64,000 nucleotides of DNA from Dimorphilus gyrociliatus (lineage: Eukaryota > Animalia > Annelida): positions 868,001 through 932,000 of the forward strand of contig CAJFCJ010000016.1 in assembly GCA_904063045.1 (NCBI GenBank). The letters are read 5' to 3'. The notes below the pieces were generated by a model. It ran no database searches. It was not told the origin of the DNA and was given only the letters and a program-made list of their open reading frames with translations. The position numbers and the translations under genes were made by a program. Numbering within the stretch: the first letter of the stretch is position 1; every line of letters starts with the position of its first letter. Below are positions 54,342-64,000 of this stretch, in pieces.

Positions 54342-56892
54342 TTAATAATTATCACTACTACTCCATGAATAAACATACTGTTTCCTTCCTATTCTTCTAA
54401 TTTTAATCACTCGACGCCGGTTGTCCCTTTGAAATTGCAATAATCGCTCGTTAAATAAATGCATTGGCTGTTCTCTATAGCGTCTAGACGCCTTTATCTT
54501 AAAGCAGTTTCTTATGGAAGTAAGCAGCATTTTCCTGAATCTTCCATTCACAGAGATATATAATAGAAAGCTGTAGCTAAAGTTTATCGTTTGCAGCAGA
54601 TTAAAAATAGGCGAGTAAACAGAACCTTTACTAAACTTGGATACTATCAGAAAATGATAAATTTCCGATGGAGACACAAGAATTATATACATGAGAACCA
54701 ATAGGATAAGAGTAACTGTTAATGTTCTAGTCTGGTGTTTTTCAGGCGGCTTTTTACCCTTGTTCTTCCTGACATTTTCAGTGATCATGAATAATTTTCT
54801 CCTCTGCTTTGTATTTACTCAGCACTATATAAAAGACATTAAATAAAATTACCAGTCGTTGAATCTTTTAATCATTAAAAATAAACTAAAGAATACGTAC
54901 AGCTGTTGGGTACATAATTGTTTTTTGCCACTTATAGTAGTCTTTATAATTATAATGAAGAGCTTACGTGTACAGTATACAGTGTACTACAGATAGAGAG
55001 AGAGAGAGAGAGTGAGAGAGACTGTAGACTAGTCTTTTATTATTAGTAATATTATTATTATTATTATTATTATTACTGTTGCTGTCTGTTAGTAATGCTA
55101 GTATTGTCATTATCGTATCTATATATCGGCTAACCATTGTCAGAGAAAATCAATCAAATATTCAATAATGAAATTATTCATAATCACTGTAGTGAGCAGC
55201 TTCTTCTTAACACTCGAACTAGGCTTACGTTGAAAAAGGCGAGAAGGAAAACTGGAATTGCGTAACCAAAAACCATCCAACTGTAGGAACTGACTACGAA
55301 AAACGAGTCGGTGTTATTGAACTTTGGACTGAAAAAGAAGATTGTTGAATTATTCCATTCATCCGTATCTTCTTTATAATTCCATAGAAGAGGCAAAAGG
55401 GCTAGAAAACATACAGTAAATACCAAAAAGATGATAAAGATAATTCGTTTGGAACTGATGAATTTCGAATACATAAGTGGCTGATGAACAGCAATATAAC
55501 GCATTGCAGATATCATAACAGCATACCAGGTAGAACACTATTTAGAACAAAAATAAGGTATGATTATAATGATTTGTTAGTTTAGTAGCAGTTAAAAGTA
55601 TGTATACAAGGGTATTGTTACAAAATGTATCCCGCAATAAACCAGCTTCATTTTCTAAGCGAACAGTGTAATTTACTCTTAATCGAAATTTTCAGCTCAT
55701 AGCATGCTAGATTGCTTTTTATACGTTCATCAAATAGGAAAACAACACTCTGATCTTGGAGGATTATCTTCATTTTCTATATGTCTAGAAAGTCTCTATA
55801 AAGTTTTCTTAAAATATCTGCACGTTTCTCTCTCTCTCTATATATATATATACTGTACATACTGTATGTACTGTTGTATAACTGTTTATACTGTGTTATA
55901 TATATATATATACCGATGCATTTATCAATATCTACGCTTAGTACAGTATAATAAATACACGGGGATTATTCAAGATACATTTAGTAACTGCTAAGAAATT
56001 AATGGATTTGGCCTATCCGTTATTGTTATCTTGTATTAAGGAAGAAGACACCGTTCATAAAAAGTACTTGGAGACTTTTATTGACCGAAACAGATATTCC
56101 TTTTTATATTTGTTACAATATTACATTAGTAAAATACACCTGTTTGCCTGTTTGTCTCTCTCTCTCTTTCCCTCGGGAAAACAAGGAAAATTCAATCTTT
56201 ATTAAACTTTTTTGAGAAATCGAAAGGAAAAAAACTAGCATGTTTGCAACGGAAAATTATTCGTATCTTCTTCTACTTCTGCTAGATTCATTCTGTACTA
56301 ATACATTGTTGACAAATTTGTCTTGGAGTGATACGAAAGACTAGTAATTTCCTTTTCTACAGAGTTTTTATGCCAGATCTTGAAAAAAAGCTACACTTTT
56401 TTTCCTTCTATAAATGTTATATATCGTCTGTCTGCCCAAATACATAATAAAGAGGTTAATGGAAGATAATTTCTGAAAGATCCAATGATTCTGATCTACT
56501 TTTCATTTTTCCTCTTTGAGGAAGAGATGTTTTCATATAATAATTTTAACTGTCTATAAATAGTTTATGAATAGAAAGTTAAAAAGGCTAAAATCAAAGT
56601 CTTTACAAAGAAATGAATTATCATGATAGAGAAAAGGGATAAACTTGGTAAATAAATGAAGCCTTAACAAAAACCAAGTCGAGTGAATGAACCAAAAAAA
56701 ATGTGTATTAATTATTCTCTTTGGCCTTTTCTTAGTCAGAATTCTATTAAGTCTCATTTTTTGCTAATAAAAACACTTGTTGTTTAGTGGTTGTTTTGGA
56801 GAAGATAAAAGCAAGTAATGAGACGGAGTAGTGATAACTGTCTTTAAATAGAGGGATAGATTTTGAATATTAGTATATGTATGTGTAAATCA

Positions 56893-56932
<40 letters not shown>

Positions 56933-57848
56933 AGGGATAGAGAAGGGGCGAGATGAAAAATATGTAAAACTATCAATATATATACGTTAATATAAATAAT
57001 CAATAACCCAGTTAAACAAGTACACAAAGAGAGAGAGAGAGAATAGACAAACAAATTGAAAATTGAGAAATCAAAAAGATTAAGATAGAGGAATTATACG
57101 TCCCCTCTACTACTACCCTCCAAGCAATATTTAATGGGAATAAAATTATTAAGAAAGTCACGTAGAGCGCATGATAATACCTTGTTTATAATTTGATTGA
57201 AATCCTTTTTAACAAGCACTTTTAAGAGCGGAAACAGGATTATACAAACATTTATATTATAGTAATTTTATTTTTGTTGTCTAGTTGTATTTTGTTTTTT
57301 AAAAAAACAAATAATCTTTTATTTAAGCTGTCCTGTAAATTATTAAATAAATTTTCTTCTTCTTTGTCTACTAATTTTTGTTTTTTTAAAAAAAAAAAAC
57401 ACTTGAACTGTAATATTGTATAATATTAAGATTTCATTGAACTAAATAAAACTTTTTTTAATCTTTATAGAAAATCACTTTTAATCTAGTCTAAAAATAT
57501 TAGTAAGCTTATTGCTATTCAATAAGATAATTAGGCTTTACATACCTTAATCCAGATGTCGTTATAAAATGTTTGAACAGATAACCAATAGTAGGAGAAG
57601 TTTTTTGAATGAAAGTATATTGAATCTGATTGAAAAAGATCGGGTAATGTTCCAAAGCAAAACATAGTATTACTGACTGCCAAAGCCAACATTGCTTTAC
57701 TGATGCCGCTATCCGCAAAATTATATTTCGTATTCCAGAAATTCTTAAAGATAAGAAATATATTTAGTCCATTACCGATAACACCAAATATTCCTGTAAT
57801 AGGTATACAATAGCGGCTAAGAATTAAAGATGTTGCTTGTTGTTGCAT
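54342..57848 (-). CDS. Paralogous class A GPCR in three exons (57848-57546, 55537 to about 55190, about 54810-54342); exon 2/3 junction uncertain
   Basis: IPITGIFGVIGN, DIWIK|CSTWY..MRYIAVHQPL, FGYAIPVFLLAFFN and LILLVLMYIILVSPSEI align segment by segment with the 48347-49432 receptor. The first junction is a clean GT-AG phase 0. Confidence 0.8.
56897..56928. repeat. (AG)n microsatellite in GPCR2 intron 1
   Basis: Direct read. Confidence 0.88.
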
Positions 57849-59479
57849 TTTTGACTTAGTTTTGGAAAGGCGTGTTAATAGCGACCTCTGTATTAAAGAA
57901 AACAATCTAATAGACGCTATTGGACGAATCAGACGCTACTATCTAGTTTATTTCAATATATTATTACTATTAGAGGTCTAACCAGAAAAAAAAATCAAGT
58001 ATATAAAATACATAGGAAGTTGGTTAACCTATGATTTAATTTATGCAAATTATGCGCAATACACACACGGTATATTGTCTATATTTGATTTTGTATTGTC
58101 ATTAATAGAGTAGAATTAAATAGCCTATTCAGCCGCATTTATTAGATTATTAATATTCATATTTTCTAATATTATAAATAAAAATTCCGTGTTTATCCAT
58201 CTGTTACCCGGAGGTGGAAAGAGCTATCTTTCGACCGTTTAACTATAGTAGTTTTATCAATACGGTTACCAAACAACTAATAATAAGCTAGTTTGCATTC
58301 TATTAATATTCATTAAAATGAGAGAAATTGATTTAAGAAATTACGCAAGAGAGAAGAGCGGGAGAGAGAGTAGGAGAGAGAGAGAGAGGGAGATAAAGAA
58401 AAGAAAGAGATTTTTAATGAATATTTTATCGAACGAGAGAACAAATTGTCTATAATTTTTCATTATTATTATATGGAATAAATAGTCGAAAACGGTTTTG
58501 TCAACAATATATTCTGCATTTTATTTCTATGAGCGTCTAGGCGTCTAATAAACATCTGTTTTTGAAATCTCGTAAAGCTTTTGTATTAAAAATTATACGT
58601 TGGGTTTAATTTAGACTTAAAAGGTTTAAATGTTCTAATACAGAATTTTGATTATATTTGATTATACAATATACAAATTGTCCTATAGAGAGAGAGAGAA
58701 TACTATATATTACATCAGTATTCTATGCTGTTTGTCTTAGCAACTATTAATCCTTCTTTCTTTATAATCTTTACTTAATAAATTAATTAATTAGTTTGCA
58801 AGTAAAAAACTAATAGAAAACCAAACTATTTTTAAAGCAACGACTGTACAATTAGAAAACATACTGCTATATTAAAAATAACGTAAATGTTATATAAATA
58901 ACGTATTATATTTCCCTAGTTCTAATTAGTACGGAATAAAGCGTAACAGCCTATCTGAAGTTTATCTAATAGGCCTATTAATTATTTTAAATATCAAACA
59001 TCGATTTATTTACTATCTACTAGGGTGATATTTGCTGTAGTAAGCAATAATGGACAACATATACTAGGGGAAGGGATAAAATAGGCAATAAAGGTAAAGG
59101 GTGAGAGAATGAGTAAAAGTGGAAAGGTTTCTATTGTTGGCAGTCAACGTGTTTAAGAGAAAATTTATAAATTGTAGCCCAAAGCTAAATTATTTTTTTC
59201 CCCCGTTACTTTTATCCTAACAAGAAAAAAATATAGCATTTTCCCTTTATCCTTTCATTTCAATCATTTATTCCTACACCCTTCTTTTGCCTACTTTTTA
59301 ACTGTATTGTGTCTTCAAATGTACACTTCTCTAATAATTTTATACACAACATGTACAGAATCTATAAACTGTACACTGTGTATATTCATTCTTATACAGC
59401 ATAGAAAACATTGTCATACAACAGCCGTCTAATTATAAGAGAAGAAGAAATTTTTGTGATTCTTATCCTTTTCTATAAT

Positions 59480-60250
59480 TCATTTCACACTATTTCCTTA
59501 ATTAAAAAATATAACCAAACATTTCTATCCATACTTCAAAGATTGTAGCTGGTAAATCTTCCATGCTTTTAAAACGCCTTCCGTATTGGTAAACAAGCCT
59601 GAATGTCATTCTCTCAATGATATTGAAGCTCACAGAATTTGCTGGCCAGTGTTTTAGATACCACTCTTGTCAGGGTAGTTCTGTGAATCTGTAGCCCATC
59701 TTATACAAGAACATAATCTCCGCAAAGGGCATGACCTAGTGGCGCAAGAAAATTGGATAAAACATCTAGATGGTCTATTCTAGACTCTCGTCTATGGTTT
59801 TACTGATGCTAGACATGTCTCTTCTTTAAAGGAAGCAGAAATTATACAACCATATTCCAAGTGTCTCTTAGAAAATGATCACTTTTTTATGTCGAAAGTT
59901 TTTATTGGCAGTAAACCCGACCATCCAGGCAAGCCAACTGGAGCTATTTTTCCTTTTTCTTTCTGTCTATAAATATCACCTTATTCCTTAATTGAAAGTT
60001 GCGATATTTGAGGCAAAGAGCTTTTTCTTTTTGAGATATTCCTTGTTACTTTGGCGGTGTTTTTTTTTCATTTTCTACATCTTAATCCGTCACTTTTTAA
60101 GACATTTTTAATAGTCTTTTCTCTGCCGTCATATAACGAAGCTTCTTTAATAATTTTCATATAGAAATTCGCATATTTCTCTCTCAGTTAGAGTGTTTAC
60201 TCTCTCTTTTCTTTGTCAACTTTCTTGCATTTATCATCTTTCGTAGATTA
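59480..60250 (-). mobile_element. Decayed Tc1/mariner (Tc3-like) DDE transposase remnant with many stops and frameshifts; no TIRs identified
   Basis: Minus-strand fragments occur in the correct order: KTIKNVLKSDGLRCRK*KKTPP, NKVIFID (first catalytic D), DGRVY, FSKRH, GDYVLV*DGLQIHR (QDN..IH region), WPANSVSFNIIE (WPxxSPDLNPIE), and LVYQYGRRFKSMEDLPATIFEVWIEM (C-terminal helices). Boundaries are approximate. Confidence 0.72.
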
Positions 60251-60826
60251 ATAATCACTATTTGTAACTAAATCACTATTAAATATCTTTTGCTTTTAAC
60301 ATAATTCTCAAATTTTCCAATAAACAACGGTAAGTTACTATCAATTATCACGGTTTGGTTGAAAACCAAGAAAGAGGGAGGATGAGAGCCAATGACAGAT
60401 AGACGGGGAGAGACAGGAACAGAGACAAAGAGACAGACAGAGAAAGCCCAGATAGATAGAGGCAACAGCGGCGAAATGTTTTTTTTTATATATATAAAAT
60501 CTGTCAGATAATTATCGCGTTTAAACTCGTTCTCCCTCTATTAATATGCAAATGAAATGACTGAATGAATGATAAACAATGAAATATTCTACATATGCTT
60601 CGTAGAGCTCGAGTAAGCAAAAATTTCCCATTCTAGTTATCTTTGACTCTTAAATTTCTCTCTCTCTCTCTCTCTCTGCCTCTCTTTTTGTCTCCCTTTA
60701 ATTCAGTCCTACCACTTTATTTATCTCTCTCTCTCTCTTTCTCTCTCTCTTCCACCACCCGCCATTCCCTTTCTCTATCATTTTCTCGCTCACAGAATAT
60801 TTTATATATACTATATAGATCCTACA

Positions 60827-62496
60827 ATGGATGTTGTTAGAAGAATACATAATGACCGCAGTGATCTAGATGAGGATACAGATCCAATACTGGAGGATTC
60901 ATATAAAGTTGGATACGAAGGACCTAAGAAAGTTCCGGAAACGAGAAGATGTAAATATGTAATTGAACCTTTAATATTTTTAGTTTTTTCTGCTGCGTCG
61001 TCTAAACCGGCCATTGTAGCTCAATTTGTTCAAAGTTCACTGCAAAAGAATTTAACGGATAATTTAACAAATAATAACGATGATCAGACAGAAGCTGCTC
61101 AATTCCTTTTATTAGTCAATGTCTTTCATAGCATTCCCACTCTTATCACAATTACTCTCCTCGGGCCATGGAGCGATATGATTGGAAGAAAACCTGTCAT
61201 GTATATAGGACTAATAGGATTGATTTTGGACACTCTAATTGCTGTCCTAATTGTCGTATTCGACGGCAATATTTACTATTTGTACGTCAGCAAGGCGATT
61301 AGCGGATGTTGCGGAGGAGTAAAAGTGGGTTTAGTAAGGAAATAAGGGATTGTCTATCCTAATTTTGATGTTTCAATTTCACCTTTAGGGCTTTTTGTTT
61401 GGCTCTTTTTCCTATATAGCCGATAGAAGTCCCATAGGAGATCGAGCAGTGCGAATCGTAGTCGCCGAAGGAATTATGATCCTTATATCTGCTATAGTAT
61501 CGGTTTGCATTGGTTTTTGGATAGATGCATCAGGATTCGTACTACCATTTACGTCAATTTTATCAATATACGTGATTTCGTTGCTGTACCTAATCTTCGT
61601 ACCAGAATCTTTAATACCACCACCACAAGTTAATAGACTTCGTGTGCTAATCCGATTTAGTCATTTTAGAGATTCTTTCAAAATTTTCCTCATTCAAGGC
61701 CGAAAAGGAATACTAATTAAAATTTGTTGCGCAGCATTCTTCCTTAATTTGTTGGCATTTAGTGGAAAGTTAAATGTCTTATTTCTATACGTAATGAGAC
61801 CACCTTTGAACTGGGATCCTATCGATATTGGTATATATGCAGCTGTATCTACAATAGTCGGTAGCCTATTGGCTTTTATTATCTTAATTATTCTATTAAA
61901 ATATATAAGATTATTATCGGTTTCCGCCGTCGGAATGTTAAGTAGCTGCCTATCTCATTTTACCCAGGCTGTAGCCTTTAAAACATGGGTCATGTACATC
62001 GGTAAGTGATTCATTTTTCTTCATGTTCTTACTCTATTCGAGGTAAACTTGCAAAACTTCTGCCAACTGTTCCTTCTATCATCTTTTCTAGGTGTGATAG
62101 CGGGCAGCGGAACTCTGGTCGGATTTCCTGTGATAAGAGGTTACCTGTCACTCCTTGTCCCGAACACACAACAAGGGGCTTTATTCTCCGGAACTTGCTT
62201 CGTAGAAACTCTAGCTGATTTATTTGGCAATATAATTTTTGGCCTGATTTATGCCCAAACCTCCAAGACAACCTATCCAGGCTTAGTGTTTATTGTAGCG
62301 GGTCTAATTGGTATCTTGAGCGTCATTCTAGCAAGGTAGGAGATAGATTTTAGTATACTTGCTTTTATCAATTAATACTACTTTTACCTCTTGGTTTTTC
62401 TAGTCTTTTGTTTTCTTATTTGTTAACATAAACAGTTTCGCTAGTCGAATAGAAAAAGGACACGAAGACGAGCTTATTGTAGAAGACGAAGACTAA
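60827..62496 (+). CDS. SLC46A: Major facilitator superfamily transporter of the SLC46 (proton-coupled folate transporter/PCFT-like) family. Exons 60827-61324, 61389-62001, 62092-62335, 62436-62496
   Basis: IEPLIFL; LLGPWSDMIGRKP (MFS motif A); FSYIAD...R...AEG; LYVMRPPLNWDPIDIG; IRGYLSLLVPNTQQGALFS..ETL...F..IYAQT. About 12 TM segments and GT-AG junctions in phase. Confidence 0.88.
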
Positions 62497-63217
62497 CAGC
62501 CGAACAGCCCTGATAAGGAACAAAAAACAAAAGCAATAATTAATAGCAAAGCTAAATAATAAAGCTTATGAATATTCAATTTAGATTAAATAAAATTAAG
62601 AACAAAATACAATATATACTGTATATATAAATTGATATATAAATATATATATATATATTAGTATATATACTGTATATACTGTATACTGTGTATGTATGAA
62701 TGAATGAATAAATTAATAAATAGTACGATTTGTCTGCTATTTTATTAGTTAGAAAAGTAAAATCGGTGCTGCTCAACTACAATGTTTCATATTATGACTG
62801 AACGTTGAAAAGAGAATATTCCATGTTTTTACATTAAAAACCGAGAGATGGCATCTGATGTCGTTTATCATCTTTTAGAAACGTACTTTTTTTTTGCCCC
62901 TTAAGGAAAAGGAAAAGATGGAAGGAATACTTGGAAAAGTCCCCAGGTAATGCGAGTTAAATTGTTAATATATATAAATATATATATAGCATATAGTATG
63001 CAGTATAACTGTATGCAGTTTATAAAGAGATATTTGGAAGAGAAGTGCCCACTAACGTCGAATGAATGACATTATTAGAGACATTCAAGAAAGAGATTAC
63101 GGAGAAACTAATGAAAAGAAAGATAGTCAAAAGAGAATGCAAAATGTAATTACTTGCGGTGTATATACCATATATATTAGTATATATGCTATATTATATA
63201 TATAGATATATATTGCA

Positions 63218-63253
<36 letters not shown>

Positions 63254-64000
63254 TATAACGTATAGATGTGTATAATACTGCAAAATTGCTCGTTTTAGAC
63301 ATATAACAAGTTAATAAGGTAATAATTGAGATACTATTCATACATACTTTGATTTTGTAACTTGGAAAATGTTTGTAAAATGCAAACATAATTTACTATT
63401 CTAAAACGTTGTATAGTTATTAAAAATATTGAAGCATAGCTCTTCGTGACGTCATGAATCTATTGTCTATTGTCACTTTTCACTCTGACGTCGTATAAAT
63501 CCAATGTTTGTCCAGTTGGATGTATCATATTACAAACAATGCTAAATCAATTTATAACCTGAACGAGGTCAGGCGCTCCATATTGGAATTTCCCTTTCTC
63601 TAATTCAATTATACCTCTAACCGATTAGGGGCTGGATTTAATCGCCCAGCTCATTGACCTTAGCTTACAAGTGGTGTCAGCTCTCTGTTATCTCTTTGGG
63701 GATGTTGTAAACCATTCACTTCTTTCTAGCGAAAGGGCTGGAGGGAGAGGGAAGAGGAGAGGGCTTGCAGAGAAATCAATAATAATTCATCGATACTGCA
63801 AAAGCTTTTAAGTGGTTAAGTTTTAGGCCTATGGTGGTATAAGAATGTCACTTATCGAGACAAGTGAGAAAAAGGCAACATGATCTAAAACCGAGTTAAT
63901 TAGGCATAAAGTTAATTCGAATAGTGCGATGAAGCGTGTAAAACTAGTAAGAACAATTTACTTTTGCGTTGATAAAGTAACTAGTACGAAAAAGTAAATA

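Noticed and set aside
63560-63725. GC-richer segment with apparent splice signals on the minus strand
   Set aside because: The open frames do not join in phase and show no homology. It may be regulatory, but that cannot be supported from sequence.

Overview
This is AT-rich, microsatellite-rich DNA from an invertebrate animal. It has GT-AG spliceosomal introns, many only 55-75 nt; the protein families look bilaterian/spiralian, but the species cannot be determined here. Gene order: (+) Cys-loop nicotinic acetylcholine receptor alpha-type subunit (first exon unresolved); (-) MAGI scaffold (PDZ0-GK-WW-WW-PDZ1-5); (-) tRNA-Val(AAC); (-) two tandem paralogues of a secreted, probably GPI-anchored mosaic protein; (-) single-exon fucosyltransferase-like GT; (-) two related class A GPCRs, one intronless and one with introns; (-) decayed Tc1/Tc3-like transposase; (+) SLC46/PCFT-like MFS transporter. 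The mosaic protein reads: signal peptide, unassigned N-domain, PAN, F-type lectin, split C-type lectin enclosing F5/8 + 2xPAN + WSC, 7xEGF, 3xTSP1, Ly6/uPAR. Five signals stand out. (1) About 40 TACAGTA/TACTGTA heptamers sit mostly in (TA)n tracts and match the canonical Sleeping Beauty-type Tc1/mariner excision footprint. (2) A C-type lectin domain appears split by a nested four-domain cassette that is bounded by phase-1 introns in paralogue B. (3) An otherwise diverged paralogue pair shares a 537-bp near-identical tract that includes an intron. (4) MAGI has candidate unannotated exons, including an internal CCAAT promoter with an NLS-bearing first exon. (5) The nAChR alpha subunit lacks the loop A Tyr and loop D Trp. 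Exon structures were derived by hand from splice signals and protein homology recalled from memory; no database search was run.
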